Origin: Candidatus Algichlamydia australiensis
GTDB taxonomy: Bacteria > Chlamydiota > Chlamydiia > Chlamydiales > JAJFMI01
Assembly: GCA_033977065.1 (NCBI GenBank)
Contig: JAXCHI010000003.1
Coordinates: 128,001-192,000 of the forward strand
Direction of reading: 5' to 3'
DNA: 64,000 nucleotides
Shown here: piece by piece, positions 1 to 8,998 of the stretch
Numbering within the stretch: position 1 is the stretch's first letter
Layout of the letters: every line of letters starts with the position of its first letter
Notes under the pieces: generated by a model
What the model saw: only the letters and a program-made list of their open reading frames with translations
Database searches by the model: none
What the model was told of the DNA's origin: nothing
Translations under genes and position numbers: made by a program

Positions 1-143
1 CGGAAAGAGCTGAGAAAATAAAAAAATTACGCGCACGTCTTTGCGCTTTTCGCGACTATACTTTGAGAAGATTTGGTAATTGTCCTAATTGGCTATATAA
101 AAAATAGACCTCGATTGTTATAATCAGGACAAAACGGGTGTAA

Positions 144-1064
144 ATGATTTTGAAAAGAGTTTTTTCTTGTCTGTTTCTTTTGCTTCTCTTTGCAGGATGC
201 GAAAAGAACCAAGCAGTTATCACAAATGTTGAAGAGCGTGAAGCAAATGTTGTCGTTGTTTTCTTAGAGAGCAAAGGAATTCCGGCAATGAAAGTCAAAG
301 CTGCCTCTTCTGAAGGAGCTGCTGCCGGCGATAGCACAAAGTCCATGTTCAACATTATTGTTCCCGAGACACAAGCTGTTGATGCAATGTCTTATCTCAA
401 CCAAGCGGGTCTACCAAGAAAGCAGGGAACAAACCTCTTGCAACTCTTTTCTAAACAGGGACTGATGTCTTCGGATAAAGAGGAGACGATTCGCTACCAA
501 GCGGGTCTTGCGCAGCAAATTACAAATATCATTTTGCGCATGGATGGCGTGCTCGACGCATCTGTGCAGATCTCTTTTCCTCCGCAAGAGACTCTTCCTG
601 GAGAAGAGCAGACAGAGCAGATCACAGCAGCTGTCTACGTAAAGCATCAAGGGATTTTTGAAGATCCCAACATGCAGATGGAGAGCAAGATCAAGCGTCT
701 AGTTTCAGGAAGCGTGTCAGGTCTTGATATCAATGATGTGACCGTTGTCAGTGATAAAGCGCGTTACACAGATATTGCGATCGATCAGCAAGCTGAGTGG
801 CTCTCTGATCAACCCCGTGAATATGTGAGCATCTGGTCAGTTGTTATGAGCCAGAGCTCTGCAGGCCGTTTTCGCTTTATTTTCTTTACACTCCTCTTCT
901 TTACATTCACATTTGTCATTTTGGCGGGTTGGATGGCGTGGAAGCTCTATCCCGTAATTAAAAGAAAAGGATTTAAAGAGATTTTGAATCCCAAACCAAT
1001 TTTGATGAAAGAGCTGCAGCCAGAAGAGCAGCCTGCTCCTGAACCTCCTGAAAGCGAGGGATAG
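144..1064 (+). CDS. sctJ: Type III secretion inner-membrane ring lipoprotein SctJ (CdsJ)
   Basis: Lipobox FAGC; YscJ-type motifs (EREANVVVVFL, GLP, F...GLM, MDGVLDASVQIS, IKRLVSGSV.GL); C-terminal TM helix; first gene of the sctJKLRST operon. Confidence 0.96.
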   Translation: MILKRVFSCLFLLLLFAGCEKNQAVITNVEEREANVVVVFLESKGIPAMKVKAASSEGAAAGDSTKSMFNIIVPETQAVDAMSYLNQAGLPRKQGTNLLQLFSKQGLMSSDKEETIRYQAGLAQQITNIILRMDGVLDASVQISFPPQETLPGEEQTEQITAAVYVKHQGIFEDPNMQMESKIKRLVSGSVSGLDINDVTVVSDKARYTDIAIDQQAEWLSDQPREYVSIWSVVMSQSSAGRFRFIFFTLLFFTFTFVILAGWMAWKLYPVIKRKGFKEILNPKPILMKELQPEEQPAPEPPESEG

Positions 1065-1070
1065 AGGCTC

Positions 1071-1880
1071 ATGGATTTTGTCCTAGCTCACTATCTGCAA
1101 ACTCTTACAGAAGAGCAGCGCAGCAAGCTTGCTTCTTATTATGAAGGGCAAATTCCAACTGTTGAAGATGCAGAAAAGCTCCCCCTCACAGAAGATATTT
1201 TGCGAAGCATTCATCCGAGTTGGCTAGAGCCTATTATTCATAATTTTAGCTATGGAGATAAGAGAGCTTTTCTTTCTGTGTTAACAGAAGAACAATCCAA
1301 AACAATAAAAGAGGAACTGCGTATCGAAGAGCCTCTAAAAGAGCCCTCTTCTCTTTTAACAAAGTTTCTTCTGCAAACATTGGCAAAAGCACTTTTAGAA
1401 GATGCGCCCCCCCTAGCTCCGCTAATTCCTAAGGCTCCTTTGAATGAACTTCTCAACCTGACAGAGCAGCAGTTGGAACAAGTATGTTCCTTTTTAGGAT
1501 TACACGATCTCGCATCAGACATAAAAAAAATCATTCAATCGGATAAGCTAAAAAGAATTGAAGAAATCCTTTCAGCTGATGAGAAGAAGCACTTAAAAGA
1601 GCTATTAAAAACAAAAGAAATTGTTACTTTTGGCTCTCTTAATTTACAAAATTGGGATGGAAAAGCAGAGAGTCTGCGTGAAGTCTTGCGAGCGCGGGGT
1701 CTAAATCGACTCGCTAAGGCGCTTTACAATGCATGCCCTACTTTGATCTGGCTTTTGACACACCGCATGGAAAAATCTCATGCAGAAATGTTGCAAAAGC
1801 TCTGCGTTGATCCAAAAAATGTGATGGCACAAGAGGCACTGCAGGAGCAAGTGATGACAATCATCAAGGAGTACTCATGA
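1071..1880 (+). CDS. T3SS sorting-platform protein, SctK/CT560-like
   Basis: Lies between sctJ and sctL as in chlamydial operons; IHPSWL and LGLHDLA motifs; helical protein. Confidence 0.7.
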   Translation: MDFVLAHYLQTLTEEQRSKLASYYEGQIPTVEDAEKLPLTEDILRSIHPSWLEPIIHNFSYGDKRAFLSVLTEEQSKTIKEELRIEEPLKEPSSLLTKFLLQTLAKALLEDAPPLAPLIPKAPLNELLNLTEQQLEQVCSFLGLHDLASDIKKIIQSDKLKRIEEILSADEKKHLKELLKTKEIVTFGSLNLQNWDGKAESLREVLRARGLNRLAKALYNACPTLIWLLTHRMEKSHAEMLQKLCVDPKNVMAQEALQEQVMTIIKEYS

Positions 1881-2506
1881 AACTCTTTTCTCTAATTGAA
1901 GATGGTGAAATCCACCTAGAAGAGGGAAAAAAAATTCTTACACAAGAGGAGTTTGCCACACTTTTAGACGCTAAAGGCGTTCTCGATAAAGCGAAAAAAG
2001 ATGCTGAGACCTATATGAAGGGTGTCAAGACGCGCGCAGCAAAACTACGCGTATCGGCAAAAGAGGAGGGTTTTGCTGAAGGACTTAACCGTATAAATGC
2101 TCAAATTGTCGCTCTTGATCAAAAAGTAAAAGAGATCGAGCATGAAATGCAAAAAAAGATCCTCCCTTTAGCATTAAAAGCAGCTAAGAAAATTTTTGGC
2201 CGTGAGCTTAATCTCTCTTCTGAAGCAATTGTCGACATTGTATTGCAAACATTAAAGCCTGTAAAAGAGAGTCACAAAATAAAAATTTTGGTGAACAAGG
2301 AAGACTTAAAAACTTTAGAGAAAGAGAAAGCAAAACTACGCGAAATGTTAGAATATGTAGAAATTCTCACACTTGAAGAGCGGAGTGATTTGGAAAAGGG
2401 AGATTGTATCATCGAAACAGAAGGTGGCATTATCAATGCGACACTAGAAAATCAGTGGCGCGCATTGGAGTCTGCATTTAAAACGTATCTAGAGCCGAAG
2501 AAATGA
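1877..2506 (+). CDS. sctL: T3SS stator protein SctL (HrpE/YscL family)
   Basis: AKEEGFAEG repeat motif; GDCIIETEGGIINATLENQW C-terminus; ATGA overlap with the upstream gene. Confidence 0.93.
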   Translation: MKLFSLIEDGEIHLEEGKKILTQEEFATLLDAKGVLDKAKKDAETYMKGVKTRAAKLRVSAKEEGFAEGLNRINAQIVALDQKVKEIEHEMQKKILPLALKAAKKIFGRELNLSSEAIVDIVLQTLKPVKESHKIKILVNKEDLKTLEKEKAKLREMLEYVEILTLEERSDLEKGDCIIETEGGIINATLENQWRALESAFKTYLEPKK

Positions 2507-3300
2507 GTAAAAAGATTCCTCTCTTTCTCTTTTTTGCCGTAATCCTCTTTACTTTCGCTCTTCCTGGTCAGGAGGAACTTCTCCCTGGCGCGCAAGATCT
2601 TTTGGCGCAGACAACAGGTAGTGACCCCTCTGAAGCGATGCCCAATGTGGTTTCACAAATGGCAATCCTCTTTGGATTCGCTATTCTTCCATTTGCGATC
2701 ATGCTTCTCACCTCATTTTTGAAGATGGTCATCGTCATGTCGCTCATGAGAAGTGCCCTTGGCGTGCAAAACTCTCCTCCTAACCAAGCGATTATTGGAA
2801 TTTCTCTGCTCCTAACTATCTATGTAATGGCTCCTACTGGAATTGCCATGTGGGAAGCCTCAGAAGAGCTACGAGAAAAAGCGCCCCCTGAGCTCTTTTC
2901 AGGTAAGTCTGCTGGATTTATGATCGCCATGGTGGATGTAACAAAAGAGCCTCTACGGCAATTTTTAGAACGCAATACCTACCCGCAGCACGAACGCTAC
3001 TTCTATCAACTTGCGTATAAAAATTTCCCTGAAAGTGTAAGGAAAAACCTTAAACTTAACGACTTTATCGTCCTGATGCCCTCCTTTATTACGACACAAA
3101 TTAAAGCGGCATTTGAAATAGGCGTCTTGATTTATCTCCCATTTTTTGTCATCGACCTTGTCACTTCCAACATTCTCCTTGCTATGGGAATGATGATGCT
3201 CTCCCCTCTCACAATCTCCCTACCCTTAAAGCTACTTCTTCTTGTGATGGTAGATGGCTGGACACTCGTAGTAAGAGGACTTGTTCTTACATATAGGTAA
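2503..3300 (+). CDS. sctR: T3SS export apparatus subunit SctR
   Basis: TSFLKMVIV..RSALGVQNSPPNQ and YLPFFVIDLVTSNILLAMGMMMLSP..ISLPLKLLLLVMVDGW motifs. Confidence 0.97.
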   Translation: MSKKIPLFLFFAVILFTFALPGQEELLPGAQDLLAQTTGSDPSEAMPNVVSQMAILFGFAILPFAIMLLTSFLKMVIVMSLMRSALGVQNSPPNQAIIGISLLLTIYVMAPTGIAMWEASEELREKAPPELFSGKSAGFMIAMVDVTKEPLRQFLERNTYPQHERYFYQLAYKNFPESVRKNLKLNDFIVLMPSFITTQIKAAFEIGVLIYLPFFVIDLVTSNILLAMGMMMLSPLTISLPLKLLLLVMVDGWTLVVRGLVLTYR

Positions 3301-3306
3301 TAAGAG

Positions 3307-3576
3307 ATGTTTCAAAGTGAAATTTATCAACTATCGTATCAAGCGCTTCTCTTGATTCTTGTTCTTTCAGGACCACCTATCTTAATTAGCATGACCTTTG
3401 GACTATTTGTTGCCGTTTTTCAAGCTGCAACGCAAATCCAAGAGCAAACTCTCTCTTTTACAGTAAAACTCTTTGCTGTCTTTCTTACGATCATGATCAT
3501 GGGAGGATTTTTAAGTTCACAGATCATGCAGTTTGCGGCAACTATTTTTGAAAATTTCTTTCGATGGGGAACTTAA
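3307..3576 (+). CDS. sctS: T3SS export apparatus subunit SctS
   Basis: GLFVAVFQAATQIQEQTLSFTVKL motif; 89 aa. Confidence 0.97.
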   Translation: MFQSEIYQLSYQALLLILVLSGPPILISMTFGLFVAVFQAATQIQEQTLSFTVKLFAVFLTIMIMGGFLSSQIMQFAATIFENFFRWGT

Positions 3577-4418
3577 TACCTGCAGAGAGCGGCTGGCTCT
3601 ACGCCATTTTTTCTAATCCCGTGATGACACCAAGTGGCGTTCTCACCATGTACCTTTTGATCTTTGCGCGCTTTGTCCCTGTTGTTTCGCAATGTCCTTT
3701 TTTGGGAGCAAAAGTTGCGCCAGCTCCTATTCGCATCGGCTTTGCTTTCTCCCTTGCCGCAGTTATTCTTCCTTTTTCTATTGCAGGAGCGACAAAGGAT
3801 GTGCCCTTCAATGCGAGTTTTGTTGGGTTAATTTCTAAAGAGATTATTATAGGTTTTGTTCTCGGTTATCTCTCATCTATACCATTTTATATGGTGCAGT
3901 CCTCAGGGATCTTAATCGACTTTCAGCGCGGCTCCTCCTCAATGATGCAGCAGGACCCTACTTTGCAAGGACAATCCTCACCTCTTGGAATACTATTTAA
4001 TAACATACTCATCGTAATCTTTTTTCAAATTGGCGGGGCATTCTATTTTATGAGTGCCATCTTTCAATCATTTGAAATTGTCCCTCCCAATGGATGGATA
4101 AGCGCAGCATTTTTCTCAGCTAAAATGCCGATCTGGCAAGAAATAACTGGGCTTATGCACCAAATCGTTGCGATATCCATACAGCTTGCTGCTCCCTCTC
4201 TCGTGGCAATACTAATGGCAGAAGCCTTTTTAGGAATCGCAAACCGTCTCGCACCACAAGTACAAATCGCTTTCCTTGGAATGTCCCTGCGCTCGCTCCT
4301 TGGCTTAGCGCTCCTCTTCTTAGGCTGGGCCTTTATCCTCAAACAGATGGGCTATGTGACTCTTGATTGGTTAAAAGAGCTTTTAAAACAGCTGATAAAT
4401 GTGAATCTTTCTTTCTAA
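3564..4418 (+). CDS. sctT: T3SS export apparatus subunit SctT
   Basis: Multi-TM protein with GILIDFQRG, LAAP and NRLAPQVQI motifs. Confidence 0.96.
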   Translation: MGNLIPAESGWLYAIFSNPVMTPSGVLTMYLLIFARFVPVVSQCPFLGAKVAPAPIRIGFAFSLAAVILPFSIAGATKDVPFNASFVGLISKEIIIGFVLGYLSSIPFYMVQSSGILIDFQRGSSSMMQQDPTLQGQSSPLGILFNNILIVIFFQIGGAFYFMSAIFQSFEIVPPNGWISAAFFSAKMPIWQEITGLMHQIVAISIQLAAPSLVAILMAEAFLGIANRLAPQVQIAFLGMSLRSLLGLALLFLGWAFILKQMGYVTLDWLKELLKQLINVNLSF

Positions 4419-4467
4419 ATGGATTACCTAAGATATTTAAGGTAGTTTAAAATTAGACCGGTAAAAC

Positions 4468-4502
4468 AAAAAAAAGCCTGGGCGATTTCTACCCAGGCTT
4501 TT
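4468..4502. terminator. Bidirectional intrinsic terminator
   Basis: A-run + AAGCCTGGG / CCCAGGCTT stem + T-run, between convergent sctT and the 4543..5043 gene. Confidence 0.85.
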
Positions 4503-4542
4503 AGATTTTTAAGCAATTAAGCAAGAAAATTTAGTCGCAAGC

Positions 4543-5043
4543 TTAAGCTGCGTCATCTTCTTTTGGTTTATTTGCTTCGTCTGCTTTTTCTTTTTCATTA
4601 GCTAATCTAGCTTCAGCACTAACTATTCTATCATCTGCAGCTTTAACTTCTTCTTCTGAAGCATCTTCTGCCAAGTCAGCCCTCGCTTGTTCAGCTGCTG
4701 CTAATTCCTCTTCTGCCTTTTTGACTGGATCTTCAGTTTTATCTCCTTCTTTTGTCTTCGCAAGACCTCCTAATCCTGGAATTGATGCAACTGCGTTTAT
4801 TACTTTAGTCGCAAGTCTGCTCACAAGTGATGCGTCCTCTTTTTCATCAGACAAATTTTTAGTTACGGCATCGGCTATTTCTTTAGGATCAGGTTTAGCT
4901 GTCCATCTTCCCAAAACAAATCCTGCAAAAAATGTCAGGCCTATTCCTACCACTAGAATTGTTGTTCCTTTTGGGTTCTCTGTAAAAAGCTTAATTGCAT
5001 GGTTGTTTGCATCTCCTATTGATTTCAACGCTGCTGAAGCCAT
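4543..5043 (-). CDS. Hypothetical membrane-anchored protein with acidic Ala/Glu/Lys coiled-coil tail
   Basis: One hydrophobic segment (TILVVGIGLTFFAGFVLG); AGGAG RBS; own consensus promoter and downstream terminator. Confidence 0.8.
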   Translation of the reverse strand: MASAALKSIGDANNHAIKLFTENPKGTTILVVGIGLTFFAGFVLGRWTAKPDPKEIADAVTKNLSDEKEDASLVSRLATKVINAVASIPGLGGLAKTKEGDKTEDPVKKAEEELAAAEQARADLAEDASEEEVKAADDRIVSAEARLANEKEKADEANKPKEDDAA

Positions 5044-5074
5044 ATGTATCTCCTGGTTTAGGTTTTAAGAGATG

Positions 5075-5103
5075 ATTATATAAAGAAAAAATCAAAGCGT
5101 CAA
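5075..5103 (-). promoter_or_regulatory. Sigma66/sigma70-type promoter
   Basis: Minus strand reads TTGACG-N17-TATAAT upstream of the 4543..5043 gene. Confidence 0.8.
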
Positions 5104-5162
5104 CATTTTTTCGTTAATAAATGAGAATAAGTTTGCTTTTGCAAACAGGGAAACTTTTGAGC

Positions 5163-5192
5163 AAAAAAAAACCTGGACATTACTGTCCAGGT
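5163..5192 (-). terminator. Intrinsic terminator of the porin gene
   Basis: ACCTGGACA / TGTCCAGGT stem followed by a T-run on the minus strand, ~30 nt after the stop. Confidence 0.88.
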
Positions 5193-5222
5193 CTCTATTC
5201 AAACCTTAAGCAAGGCTAAGAA

Positions 5223-6404
5223 TTAGAATCCAAAGCGGAACTTCAAAGTAAACCCTTGGATATTTAGATTTCCGTGGTTACCTTCTTCGTAGATTCCGTA
5301 GAATTGGTTCATATTCCACCATGCTTGCTCTTCCCATCCAGCTTGGATTTGGAAGTGGTAAGCATCGTCACATGACCACATTTCCCAACGTAGTCCTAAA
5401 CCTAGCTCTAGCACAGGAATGATTGTGTGGAATTCATTTTCTGTGTAGAAGTTTGTGTACGCTGCTGTGTTATCAGCTATGTTATCGTCACTTGTGTCAC
5501 GACGGCATGTTTGGAACTGACTCCATAGAGCAGATAGTGCTACGTTACCGTAGATTGCCCAACTTTTTGTGAAGTACCATGCAGTATCGAATCCTGTACG
5601 GATACCAAAACCCCAATAGTCCATCTCTTGCTTGATGCGAGTCAACTCTTCAACACCACCCTGTCCATCTGTAGTAGTATAAGAGTTCTCATATCTTTGT
5701 GACTGCCAGGTTCCTTTGAAACCGAAGTGTGGTCTCATTGAAAGATACTGACTTACAAAGAAGTTACGTCCAAGATTCAAATCAATTGTTTGGAAGTGTA
5801 GGTCCCAAGTAGTTGAAGCAGCTGTCAACACGCTGTCCGGAGCAAATAAGTTACCTGGTCCTACTGCACCAGCCTGGCGTGTAAACCAGTTTGGTCCAAG
5901 TCTTGAGGTATCAAAATCGGTAAAGCTTGTTGAATCTTTTGCATCATCTGTGAACAACCATGTGTACTCAGCTTTTACATCCCATGCATCGTGGTCAAGC
6001 ATCAAAGCTAGGTCCACTTTGAAACCAGGATCAAAACCAAAGTCAGGATGCTTTACGCTTCCTTTTGGAATTGTTGTGTTAGCTGTGCGATCGTTTACGC
6101 TTGCCCAGTTAGTCGCAGCATAAGCAAGACCCTCTTGACGAGCTGTCCAGTAAATAAAGTCCGCTGAGATAGCTAGGTCAACACCACAAGCTACTCTTGG
6201 TCCTGCTGGTGGCAGGAATGCCATGTTTAAGCAAAGTCCAGGCATGCCATAAGCTTCTTCGTCGCAAGGAGCGCAAGTTGGCGGTGGTGGACATTTTGGC
6301 GGACAACTCGGTGTACCACAGCCGGAAGAACCGCTGTTGTAATCACCGTTTAGGCCTGCACCTGTTAAAAGGAGCAAACCCGCTAAAGGTAACATTTTTT
6401 TCAT
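5223..6404 (-). CDS. Lpg1974/MOMP-like beta-barrel outer-membrane porin, paralogue 1 (Cys/Pro-rich N-terminus)
   Basis: Signal peptide MKKMLPL after a GGAG RBS (ATG 6404 preferred to the TTG at 6416); ADFIYWTARQEGL, PGFKV, LGRNFF, GWEEQAWW motifs; terminal Phe. Confidence 0.88.
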   Translation of the reverse strand: MKKMLPLAGLLLLTGAGLNGDYNSGSSGCGTPSCPPKCPPPPTCAPCDEEAYGMPGLCLNMAFLPPAGPRVACGVDLAISADFIYWTARQEGLAYAATNWASVNDRTANTTIPKGSVKHPDFGFDPGFKVDLALMLDHDAWDVKAEYTWLFTDDAKDSTSFTDFDTSRLGPNWFTRQAGAVGPGNLFAPDSVLTAASTTWDLHFQTIDLNLGRNFFVSQYLSMRPHFGFKGTWQSQRYENSYTTTDGQGGVEELTRIKQEMDYWGFGIRTGFDTAWYFTKSWAIYGNVALSALWSQFQTCRRDTSDDNIADNTAAYTNFYTENEFHTIIPVLELGLGLRWEMWSCDDAYHFQIQAGWEEQAWWNMNQFYGIYEEGNHGNLNIQGFTLKFRFGF

Positions 6405-6504
6405 TCTGTACTCCAACCCTATATGGTTTATTTTAATGTAATCTCCATGATTAACCTAAACAATTGATGCTGTCAACACCTTTTTTGTTTTGGCTATCAT
6501 TTTC

Positions 6505-6667
6505 GGAGACATCGAATAATGCATTCACCAACATTCTGGCCGAAAAATTCTTGAGAGCCCTATTTTTAATCTCTACCAATTTCAAAATATGTTGGTCGAG
6601 ATTTCCGACTAGCGCTTTTTGGACTTTTCAGCTCACCCTGTTGACAAAACAGTTGTTCAATGGCTCC
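6505..6667. repeat. Palindromic miniature element family A, diverged copy
   Basis: Imperfect terminal inverted repeats GGAGACATCGAATAA / TTGTTCAATGGCTCC; aligns along its length with 30752..30915 and the outer parts of 58270..58598. Confidence 0.7.
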
Positions 6668-6691
6668 TTCGCAAGCATTCTTGCAAATCTT

Positions 6692-6758
6692 GCGTAAGTA
6701 TTCACCAGGAGTCCTGGAATTATTTCCAGGTAGTCTACTTCCTGGAGAACACTTACGC
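6692..6758. repeat. Branched inverted repeat
   Basis: GCGTAAGTATTCACCAGGA pairs with TCCTGGAGAACACTTACGC (17/19); encloses an inner CCTGGAA/TTCCAGG hairpin. Confidence 0.75.
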
Positions 6759-6815
6759 GCAGAAAAAAGCAAAAAACCTTCTCCTGCCATTCAGGACCAT
6801 ACTAGCATAGTTGAA

Positions 6816-7898
6816 TTAAAAGTCTATACGAATTTTTGCTGTGAGACCATTCAGAGATAGATTTCCATGAGATGTTGGTTCATAAACGCGATAGAATTCG
6901 TTCATGTCCCACCAGTATTGCAGCTCCCATCCTAACTGAAATTGGTAGTGAAAGCGTTTTGTACATGAGAATCCTTGTGCACGAAGACCGAGCCCAATTT
7001 CTAATGCCGGAATCACAGTGTGAAACTCATTTTCCGTATAAAGTGACGTAGTTTCAGGCAGCGAGGGTACTGCAATATTTGCAAAGCGATCTCTTCGCAC
7101 TACCTCAAATTGTCCCCAAAGTGCTGAGAGTGCAAAGTTCCCATATAGGCTGACTGGCTTTGAAAAAAACCAATTTGTATTCAACCCCGCTCGCGGACCA
7201 AATCCCCAAAACTCTAAATCTTGCGTTATGCGCCACTGCCTCTGATCAGCAACGCCAAGAAGGCGACGGTAGCGTATCGAAAGATCTTGATCTTGCCAGG
7301 TTCCCTTAAACCCAAAAAATGGCCTTGTTGTGAGCCAGCTGCTCACAAAAAAGTTGCGGCCTAACTCGAAGTCGAGTGTTTGGTAGTGCAGACACCATCT
7401 GCCCCGCGCTTCGTTAAGGAGAGGATCGTCAGGTGTGAGTGGAAAGAGTCCTTGAGGAAACCAAGTGGCAGCAATCGCTGCATCTTCAATGGAGTTTGCC
7501 GAGATAGAGTTTTTCTGATCTCCTGTATAAAACCATGTATATTGAAAGTAAACATCCCAAAAGTCGTGATCTAGGTTAACTCCGAAGCCTGCTTTGAACC
7601 CAGGATCAAAGTCAAAACCGGGATGCACAACTTTTCCCTTTTTAACAGACTGTGTGGGATTTGCTCTCCATCCACTCGCTGCAAAGCCTAATCCATCTTG
7701 ATCCGCACGCCAGTAGATGAAATCTCCTGTAAAATAGATGTCTACTGGACAGCGTACGCGGGGACCCGCAGGAGCTGTTGATCTCTCATAGCGATGCTCG
7801 TGATACTCATCAATTTTACCGGGTGCAGGCATAGGAGGATGATCTTGATAAGCCATCATAAGTATCGGAAAAAAAGTAATGAGGCGCGAAAGTTTCAT
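6816..7898 (-). CDS. Lpg1974/MOMP-like porin, paralogue 2
   Basis: GDFIYWRADQDGL, PGFKAG, LGRNFF, GWELQYWW motifs; ends in IDF. Confidence 0.88.
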   Translation of the reverse strand: MKLSRLITFFPILMMAYQDHPPMPAPGKIDEYHEHRYERSTAPAGPRVRCPVDIYFTGDFIYWRADQDGLGFAASGWRANPTQSVKKGKVVHPGFDFDPGFKAGFGVNLDHDFWDVYFQYTWFYTGDQKNSISANSIEDAAIAATWFPQGLFPLTPDDPLLNEARGRWCLHYQTLDFELGRNFFVSSWLTTRPFFGFKGTWQDQDLSIRYRRLLGVADQRQWRITQDLEFWGFGPRAGLNTNWFFSKPVSLYGNFALSALWGQFEVVRRDRFANIAVPSLPETTSLYTENEFHTVIPALEIGLGLRAQGFSCTKRFHYQFQLGWELQYWWDMNEFYRVYEPTSHGNLSLNGLTAKIRIDF

Positions 7899-7901
7899 CT
7901 A

Positions 7902-8990
7902 TTAAAAGTCTAACCTCAGCTGAAAAGTCAACCCCTGCATGGTAAGGTCTCCCTGGTTTCCCTGTTCATAAACACGATAAAATTGGTTCATCTCCCACCA
8001 TACTTGGTGTTCCCATCCTAATTGCATCATGTAGTTATAGAGATTTTCATTAAAGCGTTTCTCCCAGCGTAGCCCTAAAAAGAGCTCAAGCACTGGGACG
8101 AGAGTGTGGAATGAGTTGCATGTGCGAAATGAAGAGAGCTCAGGTGCACTCCCATCTGTAGGAGCAAATCGATCGTTACGCTCTACATCAAATTCACTCC
8201 ATAATCCTGAAACAGCTGCTTTTCCAAGCAATCTAAACCAGCGATTGAGATGAAACGCTGCATCAAAACCCGTGCGTATTCCAAATCCCCAGTAGTCTAG
8301 TTGCTGTGTCATTCTGCGGAAAGTATTGTTTGCAACGTTTGGCAAGGCTTCATATGCCACTAAAAGGTGTTGCTTTTGCCAACTCCCTTTAAATCCGAAA
8401 TGGGGCCGTAGATCAAGTTTTCTACTTGCTCTTGATGTACGGGCAAACTCTAAGTCTATGGCGTTAAAATGTAAATCCCAACGGCTACGTGCTGATAAAA
8501 GGAGGGGGAAATCGGGCTCTAAAAGAGATCCTGGTGCTCCTTCTCTCATAAACCAGGTAGCTCCATCGCTTGTTGTCAAAGAGTTTGGGCTCTCCGTACT
8601 CGATCTCTTATCACCTGTATGTAGCCACGTATATTTCGACTCAATTTCCCAAGCATCATGTGGAATGCGTATTCCAAGCCCGACTTTAAAACCGGGTTCA
8701 AATGCAAAATCAGGGTGCTTAACACTGCCTCTGTTTGGGTCTTCTCCCAAAGCGTTACGCCACTTAGAAGCTGTATACCCCAAGCCATCAACGCGTGCTG
8801 TCCAATAAATGAAATCACCTGAAAGGTTGAAGGTCCAGCACTCCTCCTTCAAAGGGCTTCCACAAAAAAGAAGTGAAGGTCCTCCTGTTTCACAGATAGG
8901 ATCGGGAGGTGAAGGAGGTTCACAATGGTTGTATGCATTTTCTGCATGCAAAAAAGCAGAAAAGAGTAAAAACAGTAAACCTTTTTTCAT
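7902..8990 (-). CDS. Lpg1974/MOMP-like porin, paralogue 3
   Basis: Signal peptide MKKGLLF; GDFIYWTARVDGL, PGFKVG, GWEHQVWW motifs; ends in LDF. Confidence 0.88.
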   Translation of the reverse strand: MKKGLLFLLFSAFLHAENAYNHCEPPSPPDPICETGGPSLLFCGSPLKEECWTFNLSGDFIYWTARVDGLGYTASKWRNALGEDPNRGSVKHPDFAFEPGFKVGLGIRIPHDAWEIESKYTWLHTGDKRSSTESPNSLTTSDGATWFMREGAPGSLLEPDFPLLLSARSRWDLHFNAIDLEFARTSRASRKLDLRPHFGFKGSWQKQHLLVAYEALPNVANNTFRRMTQQLDYWGFGIRTGFDAAFHLNRWFRLLGKAAVSGLWSEFDVERNDRFAPTDGSAPELSSFRTCNSFHTLVPVLELFLGLRWEKRFNENLYNYMMQLGWEHQVWWEMNQFYRVYEQGNQGDLTMQGLTFQLRLDF

Positions 8991-8998
8991 ATTATCCC

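Noticed and set aside
3..107. Open frame at the window start (ERAEKIKKLRARL...YKK*)
   Set aside because: May be the tail of an upstream gene, but too short to identify.
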